Positions 27,501 to 40,940 of a stretch of DNA of 64,000 nucleotides are shown here, piece by piece. Source of the DNA: Obrimoposthia wandeli (taxonomy: Eukaryota); NCBI GenBank assembly GCA_977020255.1, contig CDROCS010002801.1, forward strand, positions 62,001 to 126,000. The letters run 5' to 3'. A program made the translations under genes and the position numbers. Position 1 is the first letter of the stretch; each line of letters opens with the position of its first letter. A model generated the notes under the pieces. It searched no databases, was not told where the DNA came from, and saw only the letters and a list, made by a program, of their open reading frames with translations.

Positions 27501-28477
27501 GATAATTTTAGTAAAGAGTTCAAAATTGTAAAACTCGATGAATAAATTGATTTTTTTTTAATTTGAATTTTTTATAAATTTCAGTGTATAGACTGCACCG
27601 GTTATTTTTGTTGATTTGTATTTTTATATCGTTATAGGTTATACCCAAAATGTAGAGTACTAGATAATTAATACAATTTATGTGCAATGTAATTGTCATT
27701 TTCTACAAGGTATGTATGTATTCGTTTTTCCACATGTTCGTGACATATTTTGCTTTGTCTGTCGATCAAGGGATTATGAGCCATTCTTTTGACAAAAGTT
27801 GAGTCTTCTGTTTAGTCAGATTTGTCGTCAACAATAACAGCTGACACTTGTTTTCAATATGAACCGCATCAACACTCTCAGTCTCTGTTATTTCCTGTCA
27901 ATTGAGTGTTTATAAGCTACTTCAAGTATTCTAACAACTTCTCTACATTATCAGTTTGATGAAATTCTTCACAATAAAGACGCTGTTGTTAAACGTTTGG
28001 GCATGATGATGAAATTTCAGTTTATAAAATCGTTCCTCATTTGATAAAAAAATAGGTGGAGACCGTATTGAAAGTAAACTGTATTAATAATTTCGGTTTT
28101 TAATCATTTCGGTATATTAATTAAATTTTAATTCATAAATTTATTATTTTATAACTAGAGATGAGCTGAGAGGAGCCGAGTGTCTTTTTTTCTTCCCTTT
28201 TTTCTCTTTTTTGCCTAAACTTTTCTTTAGATAAGTTTCTATCTTGTACTCGTTTCTGCATTCATGATAAATAAAAAGAAACATACAAATTATATTGTAT
28301 AAAGCATTGAATCCGGTCTTAGGAGAAAAATATTAATTAGATTAACAATTTAATACGAATAGAAACGTCTGGAGAATAGGAAGAATATATGTACAAATAT
28401 TGAAAGCTAAAAGAAAACATTCATTTTTATAAACAGTTTATATAAAAATAATGCTAGGTTTGTAAAATGTTTCTCAA

Positions 28478-28533
28478 CACGAATGGGAATTGAACCACGG
28501 GCTGCGCATTCTACCATTGAACTATCGCGGCTC
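28478..28533 (-). pseudogene. tRNA-derived sequence (tRNA-Gly-like) lacking the anticodon arm; SINE head or tRNA pseudogene
   Basis: The minus strand reads gagccgcgaTAGTTCAATGGtagaatgcgcagcccgtGGTTCAATTCCcattcgtg, with Pol III A and B boxes too close together for a full cloverleaf. Confidence 0.55.
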
Positions 28534-30080
28534 GAAATCGCTAACTAAGAATTTCTAAATTATAATGACAAAATTAAACATTTTATATGGTTTAATAAGT
28601 TACACATATAATAATCATCTAAACTTACTAAATACACAATTAGATAGCACTATTAAAATGCCTTACATGTAGCAAATATCGTATGTTGTGTGTATGTTTG
28701 AATTGTTTTCCACCTATGTGATTGGTACCAACCGTACTGTAACCAAAAGATAAAACAACGAGTCTTATATTTTATTTTGCCTAGGTATTCTTTACAAGCA
28801 TTAGGCATTATAATTTGTAAGAAGAAGAATTTTGTAAAATAATTCTATTTACAATTCAATAGCACCGATAAATTGTAGAAAACTAACACTACATTAAATA
28901 TTTCCTTATGATATTTTGTCTATGTTATGCAGATATTGAGAAGTAGACAATGGTTGCATTAAATTGACATCTTGGAAATTCAAGTAATTTCAAGCAACTG
29001 GGTATTTCCCAAGCCAATGTGCAACAACATCGTATAGCTGCCAAAATGTAGCGAATGCTTGGTTCTGTGTGGAAAATGAAATGTGTCAATTTCTAACTTG
29101 AACATTGGAAAATTGGAATTATTCTTGGGCATAATAACGTAACACCTAATCTCGTTTCGTCTGACTTCAAAAAGAACTTTTTATATAATTCATTAATTAA
29201 AAAGTTCTTGAAATTTGGGAGGTTTTTTGTATGAATAAAAAGAGGGAAATTTTAATTTATCATTTATATATTTTATAATTGTTTAAATTGTAGACATAAA
29301 TTACTAATTAGCCACAAGTTGTAGTTAAATCGTATTATAAGATGATACTCGACAAAAAAAATGTAATTGAAATATACTTTAAAAGAAGCAGTTGAAAACA
29401 AAAAATACAAAATATCAGATGATATATTTGAAGTAGATTGGCTAATTGTCGATTTTGAAGCTCACGTATTACACCTAATCCCACTGATTAGTGCCGTTAT
29501 AAAGAGTCGGCATGTAATCCTATAGTATAAGATGAGATTAGTAATAATACATAGTAAAACTTACCGATAAAAACAGCATCTATCCAAAATGAATGTTGCC
29601 GTAAAAACTGAATAATTACCTACTATAGAATGCATGCAGTCACACACCTACAGGGCAGAAAAAAAAGTACTTGAGTTCATTTTAATATAATTTTAATAAA
29701 ATAATCACCTTTTCTTGTCTTATTCATGTTTAATAATCCAAATTAATTCTAAAATTATTAAAAAAACACATAAAAAGTGCAAACTTACGAGTCAACGGCA
29801 CTAATCATATTGCTATCGGCAATATCGACTTTGATTGGGTGTATTGGCTTGCTGCCACATATAACTGACTGAGTGAGCTAGTTTTCTCATTTTATTACCA
29901 TAAGATTCAGCAAATGGAATCAAGACTAAATATTGATTGGACGCAAATGATACAGCTTCCAAATTAGAAAGATAGTGTTGTTTCCCAGTGTGCTTATGAA
30001 TTGATTTCAAATTTGGAAACTTATGGAAATTTATCTTTTGATTTATGCCGTATATGCCGTGAAACTATCAATTCTATCTG

Positions 30081-30215
30081 ATGCGTGAAATAGTTTACAT
30101 TCAAGTTGGTCAATGTGGCAATCAGATGGGTGCAAAGTTTTGGGAAGTTATATCAGAAGAGCATGGATTAAGCGTCGATGGATTATATAAAGAACCCGAC
30201 TCATCAGAATGGTAA
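30081..30215 (+). pseudogene. Isolated beta-tubulin N-terminal fragment [44 protein letters not shown]
   Basis: 25 of the first 30 residues match canonical beta-tubulin [30 protein letters not shown]. It ends at TAA or a possible gtaatt donor at 30212. No downstream tubulin sequence was found in the window. Confidence 0.85.
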
Positions 30216-32269
30216 TTGTGTTTTATGAAGATTGTCTTGACCCCAATTTCGACTAATATGTATATAACAATATATTTTAAATAAAAGTTAGCCTTATCAG
30301 AAACTTGCATTTACATTATATCCACGTTGTCTTTATTGTGCTGCACGCTTTCGCACATAGTGAACAACAGGTTAACTTACGTTCCAGCGATTAAACTCGG
30401 TACAACAATTGACTTTTATGTACAATTTGTCCTATAAATTTGCCGAATTTTTTATCCCATCTTCAATCGTATATTAATTATAAATCTAAAAAATTCAAAT
30501 GATTATCGACTGATTGATTTTAGTTCAAATTGACAGAAATTGACCTGAATAGTGCTAAAATATAATAATAATAACAGTATTTAGAAATAAATGTTAATTT
30601 ACGGTAATTTATCATTCCTGTTCTATTTATTGTCGCTGGTACCGACATTTGAATCAGTTTCATATCTCAAAAAAATGGAACCCTATATTACATTTTACTT
30701 GTCGAATGTACAAGAAATTCGAAGAAGAATCCACCAGCAACATTTTGGCCGATTTATTGAACTTGGAGTTTCTTAATAAAAGTTAGAGTTGTTCAAAAAA
30801 ATTTAATCAGTGCATATAACATTGTATTTGTCGTAAACATATAAACAGGAAAATATCGTTGGAAAAGTGATCAATTTTTACACTGTTGAAAAATTGTCAT
30901 AAATATTCTATTAAAGAAAGGGTTGTGTAAAGATGTATTTCTCTATCACTTCACAATTTTATAACTTTAATAAATCAAGTGCTAACCAAAATCAATGTTA
31001 GCATTTAATCTATGCACTACGTCAAAGACAGTTTATTTATATCTCGTGACATTTTAGTAATCTTTAAGTGTTGCTCTATTTATTCGATAAAGATTCTAAA
31101 TATATACAGTGTATCAATGGCAACAGTAAAGTGTAAAATGTAATTTACAAATTACGGGTGGAGTTCGCTCATAAGTCTCTCTGCAACACTTATATTTTCC
31201 ATTTGAACTGATGCGGGGGAGGTTAAACATGGGTCCAAATTATTCCAAATTATATTTTAAAATTTTATAAACTTCATTGTTTTCAGGATAAGTTAACTGT
31301 GCTGTTGTATTGAAACGCAGCTGTGTAAATTTTCAATTCTTTTGAAAGAAAATTTTAAAAATTTAAAAAATTATACAAAAATAAAATAGAATGCGTTTTT
31401 TAAGATGTCTTACAAAAAATCCAGAAAGCATAATCAAAATGTATGAGTACATGGCAGTCTTGCTTTTTTATCTTCAAGGTTATGCCCTAAATATAAAATG
31501 TTGTTAAATGTTTCGGCGCGATGTAAAACAATGATTTCTCAGCCAATACGCAATAGTCAGAAATGGAATTCTAATACGTTGTAAAGTTTTCTTTTTTCCA
31601 AATAGTCAAACTTTATTCAGAAAAAAATGAAATAATTCTAACTGAGGAAAAACGCAACAAAGAGGGTACTGAAAATCGGACCAATTTCCAAATGTAGGTC
31701 AAATAAAGAAGTATATGAAAAATCTGAAAACATATAGGGGCAATATTTTTTAGAAGCGCCTCCAAAACTTTAATAAAAAAAGGGGGTCGCTAACCGTTTT
31801 TCAAAATCAAGGTCATCGAGTATATGACCTTCAAAATTTTTCAAAAAATAACCTTTGTTCTCAATCGTCCCGGGACCTGAAATGTTTATCGTCTCCCGAA
31901 GAGGGTATCTTTTTCTTTCTTAATCACTCCCTTCTGAATCTGTAAAGGTCAGTCGAGTATAACCCAGACGATATAACTTTGGAACCATATTAACTGCGTC
32001 CATAAGATCTTTATCTCTTCGTAAACGGTTTTGTGCATTGCACTCTACTACTTAAACGTCTTGGATGCACTTAATCTTTGTTCATAGCTCATGAAATCAG
32101 CTGTTAAGGGTTTGTGAAACTATAACAAATTATTGGTGTTATTTCAACCTGGGATATTATTTTTTAATGAGTTGGGAGAATAAAATAAATTTTGGTTTTG
32201 CAAAAATACCAGAAAGTTCACTCTATATCAATTAAGCAGTTAAAAGATTGCAATACGAAAGGAGTAATT

Positions 32270-32515
32270 GAATCATTTCTGTTTCAACAGAGGAACCATA
32301 AATACACTCTATCTTGGTTGGATGAAAATAATCCAGACCTAAATATCAAAAAAACATGTTCGTGAAATACATTTAACTGAATTTTTATAAATATGGAGAC
32401 GTTGAGAGCCTCGAACGTGCAATTATTAAGGAATGGAATACGTTATCAAAAATAACATAAAATCGTTATACAATAGTTCTTCAGAAAAATTATTGAAAGT
32501 AGTTGAAAATAATTG
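32270..32515 (+). mobile_element. Tc1-type transposase C-terminal remnant
   Basis: FQQ...WLDENNPDLNI...DVESLERAIIKEWNTLS...KLLKVVEN follows the Tc1 FQQDN..W..SPDLNxIEN..L..AI..EW pattern. Confidence 0.65.
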
Positions 32516-35500
32516 ATTAAATAAATGTGTTTACTACTATTTTTAGGACATTTAAAATTTTGAATTTAGTATTTATTTTTGTTAATGTAGTCAAACAAAA
32601 CCTTGAAGAAATTTCATTTATTTAAATTGAAAGGAATTCAGTGAAAATTTAAATTAAAATCTCTTTCTGTAAAGAAATATATGCAACCAACATTCCCTTT
32701 TTTTCCAATCAGCGCAAGAAACAGCAAACAAAGAGATAGGCATGCAGTGAACCGACTTCGTACATAGCATCTCGATGATCACAGCGTACTGCATTCCTCG
32801 AGATGAGTCAGAGGTTCGAAATAGTCGATAACTTTTAAAAAAATGTCATCGGTCATCTTGCCACACATCGTTGACAAAATTGAGAATAACAATGTGTGAA
32901 TCTCTTTTTGCATTGCCTACAGCCTGCGAGATTAAATATGGAGCCAACCTTCATTCTTATAGTGACAAATTTCAAATCATCAATGATGACCGCAAATATA
33001 TCGTTCAATTCAAGATTATGTTAATAGGGAAGATAGTTAACATATTTAAACTTTAGTCCTTATATTTCTGGAGATCAGGCTTCAGTTTGTGCATCATTGA
33101 ATCGGTAATGAATCTTCAAGAAATATCTCGGTGTCGTCCAGATCCGCATGGTTATGCTTATCTCCCAACGATTCCACTCTCGGGAAGATCAATTGATGTT
33201 TGTGTGATCAGAGACATATCTGAAATTGCCCTTAAGGCATGATTGCCATGGAGGAAAAATGTGTTATCAAAAAAATTGAGTCGAATTAATTCCTTTGGAA
33301 ATATTTAGGCAACCACAAAAAATCCACTGCAATGTCTGTTAAAGAGAGTGGGAGAAAAATGTTACAGGACCTAAATTTTATTGCATTTAAGCGAAACAAT
33401 TTTAACGTGGGAAAATTAATTTATGGTCACTAAATTTTCAATATTTCTGCAAAAAAGATAAAAGCATCATGACTGGTTTCTGGTTTCCGTCCAACAATAT
33501 ACCAATTACTATACATACTTTTAACCTGGATGATGGCAAGGATTTTTATTAAAGTTGTAAAAAAGTGAACGGATTAAAAATTTTACAGGTTTTTGATGAC
33601 TGATTGCTGGTTAAGAGAGTTTTTCTTACTCAGCAATTTCTTTGGAAGATATTCGAAATGAGCCAATTGGCCCAAAGTTAGAAATTGCACTCGAATGTGC
33701 ATGGTTGGACCACACGAATGTATGCGCGTGTTGGTGTGTACGAGTGTCCGGCTATATAATAGCTAAACAGAATCATGGCTTGCTGTTCAGACATATTTCA
33801 TAGATTTTATGTGACACATTTTAAAATTGAAATATTGTCAAGAATTCTTTCCAAAATATAGCCACTGAATTTTTACATCTAAATCGAATGACGACTTCAT
33901 TGGGATTCTATATGACCAACTAAATGTTTGATAAGTTTTTTATAAGCTATATGGAGAAATTTCAATTTAAATGCTAGATGTTTCATATTTACACTTATAT
34001 TAGAGAACGAAAACACCTGAGAAAAATAAAGACATTACGTACTGTTATTTAATTAAACAAACAACTCATTTCCAAATTCTGCTACCCCTTTGGATAAATC
34101 TGAAGTATATTTTAAATACACCTATTTTGTTTTGAGAATTTTTCATACGCATTCTATAATGTACATGTCAGGTGATCTGTTTAACCAAAGTAATATCACT
34201 TTTCAATGCTTTTGAAACAAACCAAGAACTCCTTTCGCAATATGCGGTCTTGTATTATCACGTTGACGGGGAATTTTGAGCCTAAAGTTTCTCTAATTGT
34301 AGGCAAAATATCATCCAAAACTAATGCATATTTTGTGAACATTTAAGTCCCAACCAATTTTTAGCCAACAGCTTCCCACTTGAATTTGTGCATGCACAAA
34401 TCATCACTACATCGCCTTTTCTTCTTTGTCAATTTCCCAGCTTTTAAAAAATTACAAGGATCATCAAGGAAAAATTCAGCTTCATTGTTAGACATATTGT
34501 TTTTATATCATTCTTTAAGTTTTAAAAATCTGCCTTACTTTTGTTGCTCATTTAATTTGATTTTCTTTCTTAATTTCGAAGAGTAAATTTTCGGCAACTT
34601 TCATTTTAGATTTTTTATATTTAATTTGTCTGAATATTGCTTCTTGAGATCTGGCCTTTTCCCTTTAACTTAAATTAAACTTTTTAATTAATTAAGGTTT
34701 TAATAGGATAAATTTCTAGATAAAAAATAATGTCAAAAGAATTTATTGTCAAAATTCGATTTAAAAAGTTAAAAAATTTCCCTACATTTAAACACAAACA
34801 TTTTTCAAAGATAATTTGTGACTTGGTATTTTGACAATGTGAAAGGAATTTTTATTTGTGAATGTACTCTGGCACCGGAATTTATTTTCTCAACTGTTTT
34901 CAGATTTAATTAACAATCCCAGGCAGCAGCTGTCAAAAATGAAATAATTAAGCGAATGCTGTATTCCTGACCTTTCTGCATTTGATACTTATACTGATAA
35001 AAAGCTATTGCAATTAGCGTTCATTATGGATCATCTTCGAGTTATGTTAGTTATGGAAATTTTCAAATAGTTTGGTAGCGAAATTAATTAAAATTCTGGC
35101 ATGATATTTTTTCTATATTCAAAGATACCGTAAGTTTACTCTGAAGCTCCACCGCCTCGAGAAGATATTGATTTCTTACTTTGATGGTCTAGAGATCTCG
35201 CACTGAACCGGGTCTCTGTCGATAAGCATTCATCTTTTTCCCTCAACTATCGTGATAATGTTCAGTTTAATCATTGCACCATGAAACTTCTTGCATTCGA
35301 TTTATAATTTGGCTGATTTAAATCGATCTGCACGAATATAAGGACTCTCTGTCCTTAGTCATTTCTGCCACTTGCTTGTCTCGGTGACAAACTCACAATT
35401 GATACCCGAATCCCAACGACGGTTGGCACAATGTCTAAATTGTCATTAATTACTCTCTACTTGTTGCTGGAGGGTCCAAATATGTTCTATATCATGTCGT

Positions 35501-35767
35501 CCATACTCTCGTAATTTCAGACCAATACCCAAGCTTGCATACTTCATTCTGGATACGATAGACTTTCTCAATTCAATTTACCATAACGATTATGGGTTGG
35601 TTTTTTCTGTATAGTTTGATTTCTTGGATAATCCTATTTACGCGTCTGGTGTCTAAAACGTTATATTTCAATTACTGTATACCGTGCTCATAAATTACTT
35701 TATTGGTTGCATTGTCAGCTGTTTGACAGCATTGGACGGCGGTGACCAAGACATTGTTTGCGCGCAG

Positions 35768-36171
35768 AGAAACATCATGCTGGACGGGCACGACAACGCA
35801 GCATTCGATAGCAGCGGCGCCAACGGAATATTGAAGTTATCGGGCAGCAAGACTGAGCTCACTGACGGGCTCGCGCAGGGCTTATGCCGACCGCGCTCCA
35901 AGTCACTGACAGCAGTGTCAACAGCGCTGACGGACCCAGTCTCGAGAGGCCAGCACCACCAGCACCACCACCATCACCATCCGCGTCACAAACGCCGGCC
36001 CGCCGTTCCTTTGGCCCGTCGGGAGACCCTCAAGAATCTCGAGACCGCCAAACTGCGCGTTCTCTCGTCCCAGTTCCACCACCACCTCGTCAACAAACAG
36101 CTGTCAGCTACAGTCGCTCCCGCCGCCAGTCGATCCCAGTCTCGCGGCTCTTCGAGGAGCAGCTCCGTCAG
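35768..36171 (+). CDS. OTOP: Otopetrin tail exon (His-rich, Ser/Arg-rich, predicted disordered)
   Basis: GC-rich open frame. Phase-0 acceptor tttgcgcgcag ends at 35767 and matches the upstream phase-0 donor. Weak donor gtgacc at 36172 (phase 2); read-through would hit TGA at 36173-36175. Confidence 0.75.
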
Positions 36172-36779
36172 GTGACCTTCCAGAAAGCTGCGCTACATGT
36201 CACTTAATTTGGTTACTCTTGACATGGACCTTATCACATGGAGCTTCTCGCAGTCGGTGTGAATGACAACATCACTGAACAAATCTGACTGAACAAACCA
36301 ATGTCATGAAGCGACCAAATTGAAGCGATTGCACTAACTCACGGGCGTCACTAGCTAGCCCTAGTGGTGTGCTATCTCAGTCAAGAACACTGAGAGAAGG
36401 ATAATCTGTAAATCGCGGCTCACTATAATGTCTGAAACGTTTTTTGTAGGGCTAACAATGATTCAAAACTCGGAAGATTTTTTTTTTTGAGTTTAAATAA
36501 ATTAAATGCTGCATTTGTAAGTTTATAAGTTTAAAATATCTAATTTGTGAATAAAATTCATTCTATTACTTTATTCTAATTTTTAAATATATATGGTCTC
36601 TTAAAAAATTACTTTTTACATTTTTACCATGGTAGACGCCATTTTTAAAATCCTTTCCAGACACCAAAATATCACGACCTATGCTGATGCCATCCAGTTA
36701 CTGCCCATGTGCATTTTACATAAATCTAATAAATACTGAAAATAATACCGTTTATATCTGTATAGAAAGTTATCAGCTT

Positions 36780-37130
36780 CTTTTCCTAAGTTTCTACATT
36801 GTTACAGTTTCTCATAACCTTCGCTAAATTGTTGTAAAGATTCAGAGCATACATTTCAAATATTCCCTCACTCTGATTGTTATTTGAGAACTTCTTGGCC
36901 AATCTGCAGTCATCATCGTTGCTCCTAAGATGCATATACATGCTCACTGCACCAGGCTCAACATTGCCTCAGTTTCTCATATCAATCGGTAAATTGTGGT
37001 GAAGATTCAGAGCATACATTTCAAATATTCCCTCACTCTGTTTGTTATTTGAGATCTTCTTGGCCAATCTGCAGTCGTCATCGTTGCTCCTCAGATGCAT
37101 ATACATGCTCACTGCACAGGGCTAGAGAAG
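36780..37130 (-). mobile_element. L2-type LINE 3' fragment with an internal ~125-bp duplication (offset ~165 bp)
   Basis: caatctgcagtc(a/g)tcatcgttgctcct(a/c)agatgcatatacatgctcactgcac occurs twice and matches 3855-3910. Confidence 0.7.
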
Positions 37131-37641
37131 ATCATATACATATTTTTCAAACACGTTTCAGTTTAAATTTTAATAAAAGAAAAGAAAAGTACGCCATTTA
37201 CATAAATAAAACACTTTAAAATCTTGTTTCGGGTTTGAAAACATATAATCAATTTTAACAGAAATGAAAATATATCAAATATTCTGACAATACAATAATG
37301 AGATTATGCAATCATGTTAAAATATTTTTAATAGTTTAGGCAATCTTAAAGTATAATTAATGAGATACTGTTTTATTTTATGTGCAAAGACTCACACGCG
37401 AACTCAAACCACGAAGTCATTAATATAAAAAGGCTTATTCCGTTTTTTACAGCAAATCAAGATGAAAGACTTCGTGTTTCTTAACTCTAGTTTGGAGGTG
37501 ACAACTTGTCTATGTAATTCACCAAACTTTATTGTCGATGATATGAACCGTATTAATTTTAAAAAATATTTTTGCAAGTTTTAAACTGTTTATGGTGGTA
37601 CTTATATTTGTCAATAGTCTAAGTTACGTAATTTTTAACAG

Positions 37642-37884
37642 CGTTTCCAGCTCGAGGAAGCAAAAGCGGTCCTTAGACAATTCAGTCTCTCCTAGCGCTA
37701 GAAAACCCAAGCGGTCTCTTGACGACTCATATATTCGTAATGACAAGAACAAATCCATCTTATCGTATCTACGCCCCAACAAAGCTAATCCAGACTTCTC
37801 CACCATTCGTCAGCTCGTGGTTACGGACTTCTTTCCCATGACGACGACCTTGGGTATCCCAGGAGCTCCCCGACCACTGAAGAG
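37642..37884 (+). CDS. OTOP: Otopetrin tail exon (243 nt, symmetrical phase 2-2) with duplicated RKxKRSLDxS motif
   Basis: Acceptor tttttaacag ends at 37641 in phase 2; donor gtcaat at 37885; open GC-richer frame. Read-through stop TAG at 37907-37909. Confidence 0.65.
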
Positions 37885-38399
37885 GTCAATACACGTATTT
37901 TACCCCTAGACTCAAACTAAATGCAATATTTCAGAATTATTTACAAAAGTAGAAAACAACTAAAAGTAGTCAAAATATTATTGCAAATTATTGGCTTGGG
38001 TATTGTTTATTCGAAACAAATCTGAATAACGATGGAATTTATCAATTTTTTTATTTAAAATTAACAATCTTGAAAATTAACCTACATTTGACTGATTTTG
38101 CTTGCATGTCATTCGTTATAAAAATACATGTCAGATCAAATAAATTACGTTAATTAAATGTGATAACTCAAACAGTCCAACAAAAAGATACAATATCACT
38201 GAATTTTGTGATTAGACAACACAACATTAAAATCATCCCTTAAATAAAAAAATGTTCTTAAGGGATTAATTATGATTATGTCTAATAAAACCATTTTAAA
38301 ATTGTATTCTTTATTTAATGTTCTCATCAATGTAATTTAATAATTTTTATTTCGGATATGGTTGCTGAAGAGATTGTTATGGAATATTAGTTTTTAATA

Positions 38400-38770
38400 A
38401 GTCAGGTTCAGTTAAATAACTTAGTAAGAGAGTTGAACCTTTCGCAACGGCAAGATGGAATACTGGGCTCACGTTTGCAACAATGTAATATATTAGAAAA
38501 CAATACGAGCATTCCATGAATTTGTAACAGATCGTACCTAATAATACTAAATATACTGTTTCGTGTCAAATCGTCATTATGTGTATGACAATGTGTTTTC
38601 TGATCATGTCGATATCTGAAAATCCTGACGAGGTAGATTTTTTAATAACAATTTTGTAATAAGCTCACATGTAGACTAGGATTTCGTTAAAGGAACAAAG
38701 TTATGTTTTATTACGAAGTAATAATAGTTACTTGAAATTTTGGGGATTTTATGATGTTTGGTGTTAACAG
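38400..38770 (+). mobile_element. Chapaev3-like (CMC) transposase remnant
   Basis: QVQLNNLVRELNLSQRQDGILGSRLQQCNILE matches QxELNDLVRDLNLSKxxAELLGSRLxQWNLL. The family name is from memory. Confidence 0.5.
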
Positions 38771-40759
38771 AACATTTTGTAGTTAAATCTACATTTGGGT
38801 TATAACAAAATATGTTTTTAATTAATTTCAGATTTCAAAATAATAATAAGATGATAAAACGTTGACAAACATTAAAAATATAATTTTATTTCCATTTTGT
38901 TAAAGGAACGTCTCCCAACCACTAAATTTAAATCAGTTGATAGATATGAATCTTGTTGGTAATTCTAAATGATAAAACTTTACGCTTTAGCAGAGGTCTC
39001 TAATTCCATTCTACCGAAATGGATACAGTTTAATTTTATGATGCAGATTTCAAATTATTTATGTAAATGGTGAATAGATATCGAATAAATCTTTTAAGTT
39101 TAGTATTTAAAATATATATGACTATTTTTAATTTAATATTAACCTCGAACGTTTGGTTTCGTTTCTAACAAAGTTTGTAGACTTCCAGGGTAACCATTAT
39201 ATACCTAGCTGCAAATTAAATATAAATAATTAAAATTTCAGTCAGATGGACAAAAGTTTTAAAATGTTGGTAGTCAGACATTTTTGCTAAATTTATTTAA
39301 TTTATAAATAGCTAGCATCCATTTATCTGTTTCTTTGGAATTCTTGTCAATCGGGATAATTTTAAGAAATTATATATTCATATAATTGGAATAAGATTAA
39401 AATGCCATTTTGATTTAACTTTTAATAAATCGCGTTTCATTCATATGGAGAAACAAAAGTATAAAAGTTTATAGCCCATATTTTATTTTGAGAAAATTAA
39501 TTTTTTTTTTCTTTGAAGTATTTTTAGATATCCAATTTTCGGACAAAATTCTTTTGTTTGCCAATTTCTAATTGTTAGGAATATTTTAAATGTAAACTTG
39601 AGAGTTCCAGTTTCATTTATAATTGTTTATTCAGATTTTAATTCCAATTTTTCGAAACGGAAAATTTCTTACCTTTCTTAGATTAAATCTATACTTTTTT
39701 ATTACTTTTACAAGTTATTTTTTATGAGAATAAACTGGGTTTTTAAAATTAACTTTTGTCACATGAACTACTTTTCGAAAATACTTATTTACCAGTTTTA
39801 CATACAGACAAACAATCTGTAACTTTAAAACTACATGATTAAATATGCTATTATTGGATTAATACGAAAAAATATTTAATTTAACAGTAATATTTATTAA
39901 AAAATATATAATAAATGTTATTGAACAAATTACTTTCAATTTGTATTAGAATTTCTTTGATTTTGTATTAACCTCCAGAGCTGTGACAGTTTGTTTACTT
40001 GTTAACAATGTCAAGGTCATGTGACAAAAATGAAGCTTTATAAACATATATCATAAAATTAAGAAATTATGAGTTGCAACTTTATTAACATTTTTGACCA
40101 AACCGAAATGCTAGTTCTAATTATATAAATCAATTCCAAAAAAAAATCGTGATTTAAGTGATAAAACTTTATTATTTTGTAATGAGTTTAATAAATAAAA
40201 AATTCTTAATACTCAAGCAAAATAATTTACATGTTTGTCTTAATTATTTTATTCTCAAGATAAGAATATTTATCTAAAAATTATAAAATCATCCTTGAAG
40301 ATCTCTAGTTTTTGTATTTTTCCCAACTACAATTGTATTTGAATGGCCTGGCCAACACCAGGAGAATTTTGGTTATGTGCCCATCTAAGGAGAAAAGTTG
40401 CTAAAAGCAATTTTAATCATCTAAATGAGCTTACAAAGACTATCAAACATTGAGTTTCCTTGATTTAAACTAAAATGGTGTACTGTTTTGGGCAACTTAT
40501 TTCTGTAAGAATGAGAAAGGTTATAAAAGAAAATTGTGAAAACCAGAGAGGGAATTTTTAACTTTTTTAAAAGGGAAAATTCTGCTTGTAATATGAAAAA
40601 AAAGCTAAATACAACTAAATTAAATCCAAAGCACACAAAATATACAAAATTACTCAACGCATATTACGTAATACAAATGAACAGAATTGCCAAAAGTATG
40701 GAAACATGCACAATTATTTAGAAATAAAACAACATGTAAAGTAGATTTTCTTTAAAAAA

Positions 40760-40940
40760 ATTGATTTACCCGCACACAAATTTGTTTCTTCCGTCAATCT
40801 TCGGCGAATTGAAGTCAATGCAACTTAGTTCTACACTCGCAGTAGTCAATGGAGCGAATTTCATTCAGAGGAGAGCAGTTGGAAAAAGCTATCTGGCATA
40901 TCGTTAGTAACCCAGTATTTCTGGATCACTGATCTCAGTT
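40760..40940 (-). mobile_element. hAT-like C-terminal remnant
   Basis: FAPLTTASVELS...RRRLTEE resembles APxTSxxVERSFS...RRxLTxEN. Confidence 0.4.

Noticed and set aside
27740-29230. Faint Tc1/mariner-like peptides at ~27800-28000 and ~28980-29170 (also ~32900-33350 and ~41900-42650)
   Set aside because: Similarity is too weak to report as features without a search.
35250-35560. Minus-strand GRHDIEHIWTLQQ resembling LINE RT domain 2
   Set aside because: A single weak motif with no supporting neighbours.
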